NCBI GenBank assembly: GCA_016719135.1
Contig: JADKAV010000028.1
Location: 3,351 to 67,350, forward strand
DNA: 64,000 nucleotides
Source: Micrococcales bacterium
GTDB taxonomy: Bacteria > Actinomycetota > Actinomycetes > S36-B12 > UBA10799
Direction: 5' to 3'
Below are positions 22,274 through 32,786 of this stretch, one piece after another (positions within the stretch are counted from its first letter, which is position 1; every line of letters begins with the position of its first letter). Position numbers and translations under genes: made by a program. The notes below the pieces were generated by a model. It was given only the letters and a program-made list of their open reading frames with translations. It was not told the DNA's origin and did not search any database.

Positions 22274-22927
22274 GTGGTGGGTCCCAATTTCCCGGTTCCG
22301 CGCAAGGGAGCCGGTCCGTACGCGTTCGACAACGCCGTGCGGCGGGCCGGGTTTCCGCTGGTAGCCGGCCTCGACGAAGCCGGCCGTGGCGCGTGCGCGG
22401 GGCCTTTGTACGCCGCTGCTGTGGTCCTCGGGCCGACCACCCGGATCGCTGAACTGGCCGACTCCAAGCTGCTGACCGCTGCGGTTCGGGAACGGGTGGA
22501 GGTGCGGATCAAACGGTCGGCCGTGGCCTGGGCAGTTGTCGCGGTGGACGTCGAGGAACTCGACGAGGTCGGCCTGCACCGCGCGAACCTGCTGGCCTTC
22601 CGCCGCGCCTGGCAGCGTTTGGACCCTACCCCCGACTACGCCTTGTGTGACGGCTTCGTCCCCGGCGGGCTGGGCCGCCCGGAACTCGGGGTGTGGAAGG
22701 GCGATCAGGTCTCCGCGTCGATCTCGGCGGCCAGCGTTCTGGCCAAGTGCGCACGGGATCGGCACATGACCGCGCTGCACGAGGACTACCCTGACTACGG
22801 TTTCGACGTGCACAAGGGCTACACAACCGCGGCGCACCGTACCGCGCTCAGCGCGCACGGCCCGTGCGAGATCCATCGACATCGATTCATCACCGTTCGC
22901 CGAGCCATACGAGAGGGAGCCGCATGA
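22274..22927 (+). CDS. rnhB: ribonuclease HII
   Basis: VAGLDEAGRGACAGPL catalytic motif, DSKLL, and KGYTTAAH near the C-terminus. Confidence 0.9.
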   Translation: MVGPNFPVPRKGAGPYAFDNAVRRAGFPLVAGLDEAGRGACAGPLYAAAVVLGPTTRIAELADSKLLTAAVRERVEVRIKRSAVAWAVVAVDVEELDEVGLHRANLLAFRRAWQRLDPTPDYALCDGFVPGGLGRPELGVWKGDQVSASISAASVLAKCARDRHMTALHEDYPDYGFDVHKGYTTAAHRTALSAHGPCEIHRHRFITVRRAIREGAA

Positions 22928-23229
22928 GCGTTGACGACCTGCAGCGCTACGAGAGTGAGGTCGAACTCGACCTCTACCGGCAGTACCGCGAGGTGGTGGG
23001 CATGTTCCGTCACGTGGTCGAGACCGAACGGCGCTTCTACCTGGCCAACGATGTCGACGTGCAGGTGCGGACCACCGACGGGGGAGAGGTCTTCTTCGAG
23101 GTGCAGTTGCGCGACGTCTGGGTCTGGGACATGTACCGGCAGGGAAGGTTCGCGCGGTCCGTGCGGATTCTGACCTTCAAGGACGTGAACGTCGAAGAAC
23201 TGCCCGCTGGGGAAAACGCCTCGGCCTGA
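22924..23229 (+). CDS. DUF2469 family protein
   Basis: MSVDDLQRYESEVELDLYRQYREVVGMFRHVVETERRFYLAN is the typical conserved actinobacterial protein found downstream of rnhB. ATGA overlap. Confidence 0.8.
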   Translation: MSVDDLQRYESEVELDLYRQYREVVGMFRHVVETERRFYLANDVDVQVRTTDGGEVFFEVQLRDVWVWDMYRQGRFARSVRILTFKDVNVEELPAGENASA

Positions 23230-23286
23230 TCCACAGATTCGCGCCGACGGTTCCCGCACGGCCCGGCGTCGAGCAGGCTGAGATCT

Positions 23287-24099
23287 ATGGACATCGATCG
23301 CTGTGCACGTGTGATCCTCAGCGGTGCCGGGCGCGAAACCGGCCACCTCGTCGACGACCCGGTGCGGATGGCCGCGGCGATCGTCGGACGCGACGCGGTC
23401 GTCCCGGCCGCTCACGCACTGGCCGACGACTGGGTGAGCAGCGGGGGCACGATCATCAGCGCAGATGACCCGACGTGGCCCGAGGGACTGGTGTCGCTGG
23501 GTGGGGCCCAGCCATTGCTGTTGTGGGTGAGAGGTTCGCTGCCAGGGGCGCGCTGCGAGATGGTCTCGGTCGTCGGGTCCCGGGAATGCACCGCGTACGG
23601 CCGCGATGTCGCGGCGGTGCTCGCCCGGCAAGCGTGCGCCAGCGGTCTCACGGTCGTGTCTGGAGGTGCGCTGGGTATCGACAGCCACGCCCACACCGGT
23701 GCCCTGGAGGCGGGCGGAAAGACAGTGCTGGTGGCAGCCGGCGGGGCGGGACGGGTGTATCCGAGCCCGCACGAAAAGCTGTTCCGCGAGGCTGCCGCCG
23801 CAGGTGCGGTGATCTGGGAACACCCACCGGGGACCCGCCTGACGCAGCGGGGTTTCCTGCACCGCAATCGGCTCATCGCAGCGCTGTCCGGTGTCACCGT
23901 TCTGGTGGAGGCCGCCGAACGGTCAGGTGCGCTGAACACGGGGCGGACAGCAGCGGACCTCGGGCGTCTGGTCCTCGGGGTGCCAGGGCGTATCGACAGC
24001 CCAGCATCGTCGGGGATTCATCGGGCGATCGCCGATGGCTGGGCCGCGATTCTGCTCGGAGCCAATGATCTGTCGCAGTTCTTGGCCAGCGCCGCGTAG
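23287..24099 (+). CDS. dprA: DNA-processing protein DprA
   Basis: Rossmann-like core VVSGGALGIDSHAHTGAL...HRNRLIAALSGVTVLVEAAERSGALNT. Confidence 0.85.
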   Translation: MDIDRCARVILSGAGRETGHLVDDPVRMAAAIVGRDAVVPAAHALADDWVSSGGTIISADDPTWPEGLVSLGGAQPLLLWVRGSLPGARCEMVSVVGSRECTAYGRDVAAVLARQACASGLTVVSGGALGIDSHAHTGALEAGGKTVLVAAGGAGRVYPSPHEKLFREAAAAGAVIWEHPPGTRLTQRGFLHRNRLIAALSGVTVLVEAAERSGALNTGRTAADLGRLVLGVPGRIDSPASSGIHRAIADGWAAILLGANDLSQFLASAA

Positions 24100-24407
24100 T
24101 GGGGTCTGACCGCCGCCGGTCTCAGCACAGGGATTGCCTGGATGGGGTAATTGTGGACCCCGGGCACTGACTTGAGGCGCCAAAGCAAGAACTCGGGTTC
24201 ACCAGCGCGGCGCCTCGGCTTCGGGGTTCGGCAAGGGTCTGTTCGGGATAGAGACCGCCACTGCGGACCGACTCAACACTGACGCCTGGTCGAATCCGAA
24301 GGGCCGGTTTGACTCCCGGTGTTCGGGACGGGCACTCTGGCACCGTGCCCGGTCAGGTGACGAGCAAACAGCACGTGGACGGTTCCGCCGCCGCGCTGCG
24401 ATCGGCC

Positions 24408-25265
24408 ATGACCGATTTCGATCGCTACATGGCCGCAGAGCGCGGGTTCTCAGCTCACACGGCCACGGCCTACCGCCGTGATGTGGAGGATCTGCTGGCC
24501 TTCCTCGGCGACGAGCCGATGACCACCGCCTTGATTCGTGCGTGGTTGGCACAGGCACGGGAGCGCGGGGTGGGCTCGGCGACCGTGGCCCGTCGCATCG
24601 CGAGTCTGCGGTGCTTCGCCCACTGGGCGGTGCGCCAAGGACTGCTCGACGCCGATCCCACGCTGCGCCTGAGAAGCCCACGGGTGGTTTCCGATCTGCC
24701 ACGTGTGGCCGACAGTGATCGGCTCAACGAGGCTCTCGACACGTTGAACCGGGTCGCCGACGATCCCATCGCAGTGCGCGATGTGGCCGCGCTCGAGCTG
24801 CTCTACGGCAGCGGTCTGCGGGTCAGCGAGGTCTGTTCGATCGACGTCGGCGATATCGACCACGAACGGCGGACCGTGCGAGTGCTCGGGAAGGGTGCGA
24901 AACAGCGGGTCGTGCCGCTCACCGTGCCCGCCAGTCGCGCGATCCAGCGCTGGACCTCGGTGCGCGCGACCCTGGCCAACCCCGATGAGTGCGCGCTGCT
25001 GGTGGGCAGTCGCGGAAGGCGACTGGACGTGCGGGTCCTGCGACGCGTCGTCCACGAGACCACCGCAGCCTTCCCGGGCTTGCCCGAACTGGCTCCCCAC
25101 GGACTGCGCCACAGCATGGCCAGCCATGTTCTCGAGGGCGGCGCGGACCTGCGCTACGTCCAGCAGTTGTTGGGCCATGCCAGTCTGGCCAGCACCCAGA
25201 TCTACACCCATGTCTCCGCAGAGCGGCTGCGCTCGGCCTACCAGAATGCGCATCCCCGTGCTTGA
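24408..25265 (+). CDS. xerC: tyrosine recombinase XerC
   Basis: The N-terminal core-binding region [23 protein letters not shown] is present. Catalytic residues are in [39 protein letters not shown]. The start is uncertain; in-frame alternatives are TTG 24309 and GTG 24345. Confidence 0.85.
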   Translation: MTDFDRYMAAERGFSAHTATAYRRDVEDLLAFLGDEPMTTALIRAWLAQARERGVGSATVARRIASLRCFAHWAVRQGLLDADPTLRLRSPRVVSDLPRVADSDRLNEALDTLNRVADDPIAVRDVAALELLYGSGLRVSEVCSIDVGDIDHERRTVRVLGKGAKQRVVPLTVPASRAIQRWTSVRATLANPDECALLVGSRGRRLDVRVLRRVVHETTAAFPGLPELAPHGLRHSMASHVLEGGADLRYVQQLLGHASLASTQIYTHVSAERLRSAYQNAHPRA

Positions 25266-26079
25266 GCCCGATCTGCTGGATGAGGCCAGCCTCGCGGAGA
25301 AGGAGGCGGCCCAGAACGCCGCTGCCCTCAGTACTTTGTGGCAGGCCTACAAAGACACCGGTGACCGGTCGAAACGGGATCGACTGATCGTCCATTACGC
25401 CCCGCTGGTCAAGTACGTCGCCGGCCGGGTGCGCTCCGGACTGCCCAACAACGTCGAAGCCGCGGATCTGGTCTCGTACGGCATGTTCGGCCTGATCGAC
25501 GCGATCGACAAGTTCGACATCAGCCGTCAGATCAAGTTCGAGACCTATGCGATCAACCGGATCCGGGGTGCCATCATCGACGAGTTGCGGTCGCTGGACT
25601 GGGTGCCGCGGTCGGTCCGGTCCAAGGCCAAGGTGTTGGAACGGGCCCACGCCGAGCTGGAAGCCGAGCTCAAGCGGGCTCCCACCGAGGCGGAGATCGC
25701 CGACAGGATGGGACTGACCCGAGAACAACTGGCAAAGCTGATGAGCCAGGTCTCGTTCACCAACATGGTCGCTCTCGACGAGGTCACCCACGGCGGTTCC
25801 GACCGCGGCGACAAGATGACCCTTGGCGATCTGCTCGAGGATCCTCGTGCGCCGGACCCCGAAGCGGAATATGAGACCGAGGAGATGAAGGTCCTACTGG
25901 CCGAACAGATCTCCGGTCTGCCCGAGCGCGAGAAGGTCGTGCTCACCTTGTACTACTACGAACGGCTCACCTTGGCCGAGATCGGATCGGTTCTCGGCGT
26001 TACCGAGAGCCGGGTCAGTCAGATCCACAGCAAGTCGCTGCTGGATCTGCGCGCTCGGCTGACGCAGATCGGCTTGTGA
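25258..26079 (+). CDS. FliA/WhiG family RNA polymerase sigma factor
   Basis: Region 2 ([46 protein letters not shown]) and region 4 ([25 protein letters not shown]) are present. It sits where whiG sits in Streptomyces, between xerC and rpsB. GTG start 25258 is tentative. Confidence 0.8.
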   Translation: MLEPDLLDEASLAEKEAAQNAAALSTLWQAYKDTGDRSKRDRLIVHYAPLVKYVAGRVRSGLPNNVEAADLVSYGMFGLIDAIDKFDISRQIKFETYAINRIRGAIIDELRSLDWVPRSVRSKAKVLERAHAELEAELKRAPTEAEIADRMGLTREQLAKLMSQVSFTNMVALDEVTHGGSDRGDKMTLGDLLEDPRAPDPEAEYETEEMKVLLAEQISGLPEREKVVLTLYYYERLTLAEIGSVLGVTESRVSQIHSKSLLDLRARLTQIGL

Positions 26080-26219
26080 GGGTTCAACGCGAAGGCCTGT
26101 GGATCAGCCCCTGCAGGCCGGTCCATCCGATCGGCGCAGCGGCCCGCTGAGGCCTGGCATGAGCCCATCTAGGCTAGAAGCGAGGGGGTGGGCAGGATGT
26201 CGCGGCGTCGGTCACGATC

Positions 26220-26906
26220 ATGACTCCGGTCTTCGCCTTCCTGCTTGCTTCGGCGGCAGCGTCGACGACGATGCTGGGTGCCTTGATCGCCACCAGCGGC
26301 CGACCGTGGCCGGCCAGAGTGTTCGGCGTGACGTTGCTGCTGGTGGCCGGGGCCATGGTGCTGATCAGCGTGCTGGAACTCTTCCCGGCCGCTGTCGACG
26401 CCGGGCTGTCGGTGGCCCGGGTGGCAGGGCTGGCGTTGATCGGCGCGCTCATCGTTGTCGGCATGCAGATCCTGGCCAGGCGTTTGCGCCCGGACGGCAG
26501 CCGCCTGGCCATGAGCGCTTCGCTCATTGCCGTGGCGATCGGCCTGCACAACATCCCCGAAGGGGCAGTGACCGCGGCCACCGCCATGTTGTCCGTCGAG
26601 GCGGGCCTCGTGACGGCCACCGCACTGGCCTTGCACAACGTGCCGGAGGGTATCGCTGTGGCCGCACCGGTGATGGCTGCCGGAGGTGGGCGTGCACGGG
26701 CCTACTGGTTCACGTTCATCGCGACCGCCGGGGAAATCGCCGGCGCCCTGATGGTGTTGGCTTTCGCCGAAGCCTTCACCGAGGTCCGTATTGCCGGACT
26801 GCTTGCGGTGGTGGGCGGAATCATGGTGACGCTGAGTCTGCTGGAGATCGCACCGGCGGGAATCGGGCTCTGGCGCCAGGAGGCACGGGTACAGCGGCAG
26901 GCCTGA
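26220..26906 (+). CDS. ZIP family metal transporter (ZupT-like)
   Basis: Polytopic membrane protein with the paired motifs GLHNIPEG and ALHNVPEG. Confidence 0.75.
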   Translation: MTPVFAFLLASAAASTTMLGALIATSGRPWPARVFGVTLLLVAGAMVLISVLELFPAAVDAGLSVARVAGLALIGALIVVGMQILARRLRPDGSRLAMSASLIAVAIGLHNIPEGAVTAATAMLSVEAGLVTATALALHNVPEGIAVAAPVMAAGGGRARAYWFTFIATAGEIAGALMVLAFAEAFTEVRIAGLLAVVGGIMVTLSLLEIAPAGIGLWRQEARVQRQA

Positions 26907-27372
26907 ACGCCAGGGCCGACAGCGGTTTCAGAACCGGGCGGGGGCGTGGCAGGAAGGACAGCGGATCGACGTACTGGCCATCGACCTTCGCACCCCAGTG
27001 CAGGCAGCGGCCGTCGCAATGGCCTCCGGTCTCGACCCGGCCGAGCACCTGACCAGGCTGCAGTCGTTGCCCCACAGTGACCCGGGCACGCACCGGTTCG
27101 AACGTGAAGCGGACGACCCCGGACTTGAGTACGAGCACAGGGCGCGCAGCGATCCGGTCTGCGAACACGATCCGGCCGGGCCGGGGTGCGACCACCGCCT
27201 GCCCGCGACGGGCCTCGAGGTCGACGCCGCGGTGTGCCGGCAGCCAGTTGTGCGGCGCCGGCGCGAACGGCCGGACGACAACCAGCGGGGATACCGGCGG
27301 CGCCGGCGGGAGGGCGAACATCGTCATGAACTCATTGACACTCAGCTGACGGTCGCTGTGAACCGTCCTCAC
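26821..27372 (-). CDS. M23 family metallopeptidase
   Basis: HRGVDLEARRGQAVVAPRPGRIVFA...GGHCDGRCLHWGAKVDGQYVDPLSFL (LytM-type HxxxD and HxH). The start is uncertain; the alternative is ATG near 27327. Confidence 0.8.
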   Translation of the reverse strand: MRTVHSDRQLSVNEFMTMFALPPAPPVSPLVVVRPFAPAPHNWLPAHRGVDLEARRGQAVVAPRPGRIVFADRIAARPVLVLKSGVVRFTFEPVRARVTVGQRLQPGQVLGRVETGGHCDGRCLHWGAKVDGQYVDPLSFLPRPRPVLKPLSALAFRPAAVPVPPGARARFPPVRSPADSASP

Positions 27373-27632
27373 GGAATCTGTGAATACCGGGCGTCGCTAT
27401 CCACAGGTGGCCCGTTACCATAGGGAACATCGTCTGGCCGATCCGGCGTGCCCCAGGGTAGGTTCGGCACAGGTCAGGCGAAATTCGCACACCGAGTGCC
27501 GCGCTGTACCCACTGCGCGGTCTCCTGAGTCCAGTCCTCACCAGGTCAGCACAGGAGTCGGTGTCAGGGTGCCGATCGCCGATTGGCACATCTAACTGGA
27601 CAAGTGCCGTACGCGGCACGAAAGGAAATCCC

Positions 27633-28619
27633 ATGGCAGTTGTGACCATGCGCCAGATGCTGGAGTCCGGCGTCCACTTCGGACACCAGACCCGCCGCTG
27701 GAACCCCAAGATGAAGCGGTTCATCCTCACCGACCGCAACGGCATCTACATCATCGACCTGAATCAGGCACTCGGATATCTCGACAACGCCTTCGAGTTC
27801 GTCAAGCAGACCGTTTCGCACGGCGGCACGATCCTGTTCATCGGCACGAAGAAGCAGGCCCAGGAAGCTGTCGCCACGCAGGCGCAGCGGGTTGGAATGC
27901 CCTACGTCAACGAGCGCTGGCTCGGTGGCATGCTGACCAACTTCCAGACGGTGCACCAGCGCCTGCAGCGCCTCAAGGAACTCGAGGAGATCGACTTCGA
28001 CGACGTGGCGGCCAGTGGCATGACCAAGCGGGAACTGCTCGGCCTTCGCCGCGAGCGCGACAAGCTTGAGCGGGTCCTAGGTGGTATCCGCTTCATGAGC
28101 AAGATCCCGAGTGCGGTCTGGATCGTCGACACGAACAAGGAGCACATCGCGGTCGCCGAGGCGCGCAAGCTCGGCATCCCGATCGTCGCGATCCTGGACA
28201 CCAACTGCGACCCCGATGTGGTCGACTACCCGATCCCCGGCAACGACGACGCGATTCGTGCCGTCGGACTGCTGACCCGGGTCATCGCCGATGCCGTGGC
28301 AGAGGGCAAGATGGCCCGCGCCGGGGCAGGCGACGAGACTGCCGAAGAGATGCCGCAGTGGGAACGCGACCTGCTGGAGCCGGACGGAAGCCGCCGAGCC
28401 GAAGCCGGGGCTGGACGCAGCCGAAGCCAGGAAGCCGCCGAAGCCGCACCTGCGGCCGAAGCAGCACCAACCCCCGAGCAGGTCGAGCCAACTGAAGCCA
28501 CCGGTGTGGACGTGCCCGAGGTGCCGGTCGCCCAGACCGGAGAGGCCCCCACGCCCGAGCAGGTCGAGCCCGTTGAGGCGACGACCCCCGAGCCCACCAC
28601 CAATGAGGAGAACAACTGA
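27633..28619 (+). CDS. rpsB: 30S ribosomal protein S2 with an acidic Ala/Pro/Glu-rich C-terminal extension
   Basis: [35 protein letters not shown] lies upstream. The tail carries a duplicated APTPEQVEP(T/V)EAT motif. Confidence 0.9.
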   Translation: MAVVTMRQMLESGVHFGHQTRRWNPKMKRFILTDRNGIYIIDLNQALGYLDNAFEFVKQTVSHGGTILFIGTKKQAQEAVATQAQRVGMPYVNERWLGGMLTNFQTVHQRLQRLKELEEIDFDDVAASGMTKRELLGLRRERDKLERVLGGIRFMSKIPSAVWIVDTNKEHIAVAEARKLGIPIVAILDTNCDPDVVDYPIPGNDDAIRAVGLLTRVIADAVAEGKMARAGAGDETAEEMPQWERDLLEPDGSRRAEAGAGRSRSQEAAEAAPAAEAAPTPEQVEPTEATGVDVPEVPVAQTGEAPTPEQVEPVEATTPEPTTNEENN

Positions 28620-29452
28620 TGGCTGTGAGTGCAGCTGACGTCAAACGCCTGCGCGAAATGACCGGCGCGGGAATGCTGGACTGCAAGAACGCCCTGACCG
28701 AGGCGGACGGCGACTTCGACAAGGCCGTCGAGATCCTGCGGGTCAAGGGTGCCAAGGGTGTCAACAAGCGTGCGGAGCGTACGGCCTCCAACGGGCTGGT
28801 GACCTCCTACCTCGAGGGCACCGGACACGGAGTCCTGCTCGAGCTGAACTGCGAGACCGACTTCGTGGCCAAGACCCCGGCCTTCCAGCAGATCGCTGCC
28901 GACGTGTCCGCGTTCGTCGCGGCCAAGAGGCCGTCGGATGTGACCGAGTTGCTCAGCCTGGAACTCGAGGCCGACAAGACCATCCAGCAGTTGCTGGACG
29001 AGGCCAACGCGAGCATGGGTGAGAAGATCGAGATCCGCCGCTTCGAGCGGTTCGGGGACGGCTTCGTCACCGTGTATCTGCACAAGCACGACCCGGCCCT
29101 TCCGCCGAGCGTGGGTGCGCTGGTCGAGCTCGACGGCGAGAACGAAGAGGTCGGCAAGAACGTCGCCCAGCACATCGCGGCGATGTCCCCGCTGTACCTG
29201 TCGCGCGAGGATGTCCCCGAGGATGTCGTCGCCAACGAGCGCCGCATCGCCGAGGAGACCGCCCGCGAAGAGGGCAAACCCGAGCAGGCGCTACCCAAGA
29301 TCGTCGAGGGCCGCGTGAACGGGTTCTTCAAGGACGTGTGTCTGCTGGAGCAGCCATGGGTCCGCGACAACAAGAAGACCATCGGCGCGTACCTGAACGA
29401 GAACGGTGTGACCGTGACTCGGTTCGCGCGCTTCAAGGTCGGCCAGGGCTGA
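28619..29452 (+). CDS. tsf: elongation factor Ts
   Basis: [41 protein letters not shown]. The ATG overlaps the rpsB stop. Confidence 0.9.
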   Translation: MAVSAADVKRLREMTGAGMLDCKNALTEADGDFDKAVEILRVKGAKGVNKRAERTASNGLVTSYLEGTGHGVLLELNCETDFVAKTPAFQQIAADVSAFVAAKRPSDVTELLSLELEADKTIQQLLDEANASMGEKIEIRRFERFGDGFVTVYLHKHDPALPPSVGALVELDGENEEVGKNVAQHIAAMSPLYLSREDVPEDVVANERRIAEETAREEGKPEQALPKIVEGRVNGFFKDVCLLEQPWVRDNKKTIGAYLNENGVTVTRFARFKVGQG

Positions 29453-29456
29453 CACG

Positions 29457-30191
29457 ATGCAGCGTTGGGAGTCGGCACCTGCAACAGGCTGGAATCGTGT
29501 CCTTCTGAAACTGTCCGGGGAGGCGTTCTCGGGCGGTACCGGCCTAGGTGTCGATCCCGACGTCGTCGCATCGATCGCGCAGCAGATCGCCGAAGTGGTC
29601 TCGGACGGTCGGGAGGTGGCTGTCGTGATCGGTGGCGGCAACTACTTCCGCGGCGCGCAACTGTCCGAGCACGGTATGGACCGGGCCCGCGCCGACTACA
29701 TGGGCATGCTGGGCACGGTCATGAACTGTCTGGCCCTGCAGGACTTCTTGGAGAAAGCCGGCGTCGAGACCCGGGTTCAGACAGCCATCGCCATGGGGCA
29801 GGTCGCTGAACCCTACGTCCCGCGTCGCGCCATCCGGCACCTGCAGAAGGGCCGCGTTGTGATCTTCGGCGCGGGCCTGGGGGTGCCGTACTTCTCCACG
29901 GACTCCTGTGCAGCCCAACGGGCATTGGAGATTGGTTGCCAAGTGGTGCTGATGGGCAAGAGCGGGGTGGATGGCGTCTACGACGCGGACCCGCGCACGA
30001 CACCTGCGGCCACGAAGTACGACCGTCTGACCCACTCCATGGTTCTCGCGCAGGATCTCAAGGTGGCCGATGGAACCGCGATCAGTCTGTGCCGTGACAA
30101 CGGGCTTCCGCTGATCGTTTTCGACCTCATCGCGCCGGGGAACATCCGGCGGGCCGCGGCCGGCCTGCAGGTCGGCACCCTCGTCGCGTGA
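29457..30191 (+). CDS. pyrH: UMP kinase
   Basis: [11 protein letters not shown]...[11 protein letters not shown]...[12 protein letters not shown]. Confidence 0.9.
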   Translation: MQRWESAPATGWNRVLLKLSGEAFSGGTGLGVDPDVVASIAQQIAEVVSDGREVAVVIGGGNYFRGAQLSEHGMDRARADYMGMLGTVMNCLALQDFLEKAGVETRVQTAIAMGQVAEPYVPRRAIRHLQKGRVVIFGAGLGVPYFSTDSCAAQRALEIGCQVVLMGKSGVDGVYDADPRTTPAATKYDRLTHSMVLAQDLKVADGTAISLCRDNGLPLIVFDLIAPGNIRRAAAGLQVGTLVA

Positions 30192-30203
30192 TTTGCCTCA
30201 CAA

Positions 30204-30219
30204 GTAAGGGTCGCCTTAC
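30204..30219. promoter_or_regulatory. perfect 6-4-6 palindrome GTAAGG-gtcg-CCTTAC, 22 nt upstream of feoA (candidate operator or weak pyrH terminator)
   Basis: Read directly from the sequence. It resembles the AGG...CCT core of DtxR/IdeR-type boxes only loosely. Confidence 0.3.
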
Positions 30220-30241
30220 CCGAACCTGGTAACGTAGGAGG

Positions 30242-30469
30242 GTGGGAAACACACTCGGTCAGCTCGCGGGAGCAGGCACAGTGACCGAGGTGGAAGGCAC
30301 CCCGTCGATGAAACGACGTCTTGCTGAGATGGGTATCCGCACCGGATCCCATGTGCGGGTGCTGTACCGCACGACCGGCGGTGGCCGGGTCGTTTCCGTC
30401 GGTGGCGCTCGCGTCGCCCTCGATTCAGGGCTGGCGGCCGCGATCGGTATCGAGCACCGTGACGACTAA
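30242..30469 (+). CDS. feoA: ferrous iron transport protein FeoA
   Basis: 75-aa SH3-like protein: RRLAEMGIRTGSHVRVLYRTTGGGRVVSVGGARVAL. Confidence 0.8.
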   Translation: MGNTLGQLAGAGTVTEVEGTPSMKRRLAEMGIRTGSHVRVLYRTTGGGRVVSVGGARVALDSGLAAAIGIEHRDD

Positions 30470-32468
30470 TTCCTCCGCATCGAATTTCGCATCCTGCCAC
30501 TCCGACGCGGCAGGGCCACTGGCCGCTAGCGGTGCGCCCGTGGTGGCACTCGTCGGCGCACCCAACGTCGGAAAGTCGACGCTGTTCAACAGCCTCACGG
30601 GTGCCCGCCGACAGGTCGGCAACTGGCCGGGCACCACAGTCGAGGTCGGCCGTGCGCGCTGGTCGGTGCCACTGCGTGAACGCACAGCTGTCCCAGACCT
30701 CGCCGGGGCCGGATCGTGGGACGAACCGGGATCCGAGGTCGCGCTGCTCGACTTGCCGGGCGCCTACAGCCTGGATGCGATTTCCCCGGACGAGCAGTTC
30801 ACGCGCACGCTGCTGATGCCACCGGACGAGGCCGACCGTCCCGACCTGATCGTCGTCGTCGCGGACGCCTCCCGACTGGCCCGCTCGTTGTATTTGGTGT
30901 CCCAGGTCAGGGAGTCCGAGGGCCGGGTCGTCGTCGCACTGACCATGTCGGATGTGGCGGCACGCCGGGAGATCGAAGTCGACGTGGAGGAACTGCACCG
31001 CCGGCTCGGAGCGCCGGTGGTACGTGTCGACCCACGTCACGGGATCGGTGACGCGGATCTTGCCCGAGCTGTCGCCCAGTCCCTGGGACGCCCGCCGCTG
31101 CCCGCCCGGCCGCGACCCGATCTCGCCGGTGACGAGTTGGCCTCAGCCGATGAACGCTTCGCGTGGATACAGGACGCCATCGATGCGGCCACCGTGAGTC
31201 CGCAAGCCGAACCACGGACCTGGTCCGACCGGATCGACCGCTGGGTCACCGCGCCCTGGCTGGGACCGATCATCTTCCTGGCTGTCATGTGGGTGGTGTT
31301 CCAGCTCACCACGACCGCCGCCGCACCCCTGCAGGACGGGCTCGACGCGCTGTTCTCCGGCCCGGTGAGTACGGCGGCCGTCGCGGTCTTGAGCGCGATC
31401 GGACTCGGTGGTTCCTGGGTCGAGAGCTTCGTGGTCGATGGGCTGATCGCCGGTGTCGGCATGCTGCTCACGTTCGTGCCACTGATGGCGATCATGTTCG
31501 CGCTGCTCGCGCTGCTCGAGGATTCCGGCTACATGGCCAGAGCGGCGGTGGTCACCGACCGGACGATGCGGATGATCGGCCTGCCCGGACGCGCCTTCCT
31601 GCCGCTGATCGTGGGCTTCGGCTGCAACGTCCCGGCCATCAGCGCGACCCGGGTACTTCCCGATTCGCGGCACCGGATCCTCACCGCGCTGCTGGTGCCG
31701 TTCACCTCGTGTTCGGCGCGGCTGGCCGTCTACGTGATGCTTGCGGCGACCTTCTTCCCGAACAGCGCCGGCAACGTGGTGTTCGCGATGTACATGATCT
31801 CGATCCTGTTCGTGGTCGTCGTGGGCCTTGCGCTGAAGAAGACGTTGTGGCGGACCATGGGTCGCGATCCGCTGCTGCTGGATCTACCCGCCTACCAACC
31901 GCCCCACCTTAGAATCCTGGGCATCGTGACCTGGGGCCGGCTGAAGGGCTTCTTGCGCACCGCGTCCGGGATCATCGTCGCCACGGTGGCGGCCGTCTGG
32001 CTGCTGCAGTCGATCCCCGTCGGGGGGCAAGGTTCGTTCGCCGACGTGCCGGTCAGTGACAGTGCTTACGCCGCAGCCGCGCAGACGGTCACGCCCGTGT
32101 TTGCGCCGGCCGGCTTCGGCAACTGGGAGGCGGTGGGTGCGCTCGCGGTGGGTTTTGTGGCCAAAGAGGCGGTCATCAGCTCCTGGTCGCAGACCTACGC
32201 CGTCGAGGAGCCCAGCGAGCTGGATGCACCCGGCGCGCTGGGAGACGCCGTGCGCGAGGACTTCGCGCAGTCGTCTGGCGGACACACCACCGCTGCGGTC
32301 TGGGCGTTCATGATCTTCCTGCTGGCATACACCCCCTGCGTGGCGACCCTCGCGACGCAATGGCGCGAGATCGGACGCAAGTGGACGCTGTTCGGCGTCG
32401 GGGTCCAGCTGTCCGTTGCATGGGTGGCCGCGGTGGCCGTGTTCCAGGTGGGGAGGTTGCTCTCATGA
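30459..32468 (+). CDS. feoB: ferrous iron transporter FeoB
   Basis: G domain VALVGAPNVGKSTLFNSLTG...GTTVE...DLPG, followed by a polytopic membrane domain. The GTG at 30459 overlaps the feoA end. Confidence 0.9.
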   Translation: MTTNSSASNFASCHSDAAGPLAASGAPVVALVGAPNVGKSTLFNSLTGARRQVGNWPGTTVEVGRARWSVPLRERTAVPDLAGAGSWDEPGSEVALLDLPGAYSLDAISPDEQFTRTLLMPPDEADRPDLIVVVADASRLARSLYLVSQVRESEGRVVVALTMSDVAARREIEVDVEELHRRLGAPVVRVDPRHGIGDADLARAVAQSLGRPPLPARPRPDLAGDELASADERFAWIQDAIDAATVSPQAEPRTWSDRIDRWVTAPWLGPIIFLAVMWVVFQLTTTAAAPLQDGLDALFSGPVSTAAVAVLSAIGLGGSWVESFVVDGLIAGVGMLLTFVPLMAIMFALLALLEDSGYMARAAVVTDRTMRMIGLPGRAFLPLIVGFGCNVPAISATRVLPDSRHRILTALLVPFTSCSARLAVYVMLAATFFPNSAGNVVFAMYMISILFVVVVGLALKKTLWRTMGRDPLLLDLPAYQPPHLRILGIVTWGRLKGFLRTASGIIVATVAAVWLLQSIPVGGQGSFADVPVSDSAYAAAAQTVTPVFAPAGFGNWEAVGALAVGFVAKEAVISSWSQTYAVEEPSELDAPGALGDAVREDFAQSSGGHTTAAVWAFMIFLLAYTPCVATLATQWREIGRKWTLFGVGVQLSVAWVAAVAVFQVGRLLS

Positions 32469-32737
32469 GTGCCGGACCACTGAGGCTTGTGCTTGAGGCC
32501 GTGCAGGCCGGGTCGCTGACCAGCAACGAGATCCACCGGAGCACGGGTCTGTCGATGGACATGATCCGCACGTCGCTGGATCAACTCGTCCGCATGGGTT
32601 ACCTGTCGGCGGAGGCGATGGCCACCGCGTGCCCACCGAGCGGTTGTGGCAGTTGCGGCAGTGCTTCGGCGCAAACGGGAACCTGTTCGACGGGCCCGGT
32701 ACTGCTCGGTCTTTCCCTGACCCGGCGGGCTAGCTGA
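32465..32737 (+). CDS. FeoC-like winged-helix protein with a Cys-rich tail
   Basis: ATGA overlap with feoB. The architecture resembles E. coli FeoC: a wHTH region (LVLEAVQAGSLTSNEIHRSTGLSMDMIRTSLDQLVRMGYL) followed by CPPSGCGSCGS...C. Confidence 0.55.
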   Translation: MSAGPLRLVLEAVQAGSLTSNEIHRSTGLSMDMIRTSLDQLVRMGYLSAEAMATACPPSGCGSCGSASAQTGTCSTGPVLLGLSLTRRAS

Positions 32738-32786
32738 GCTCCACCGGTGACGGAGCTGTGAGTCTCATTGAGTACACAGTTCGCGG

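Noticed and set aside
27373-27632. A c-di-AMP (ydaO-type) riboswitch in the long leader upstream of the M23 peptidase (minus strand).
   Set aside because: Cell-wall hydrolase genes in actinobacteria often carry this riboswitch. Here I could find only loose resemblances, such as CCGUCAGCUGA and GGGGCAC. I could not find the conserved ACGGGG, GGUGAAUCC or CCGAAUCCG blocks. It needs a covariance-model scan (Rfam RF00379) before any call.
30204-30219. Calling the feoA-upstream palindrome an IdeR/DtxR iron box.
   Set aside because: Position-by-position comparison with the 19-bp consensus TTAGGTTAGGCTAACCTAA, as I recall it, gives few matches beyond the AGG/CCT cores. It is kept only as an unassigned palindrome.
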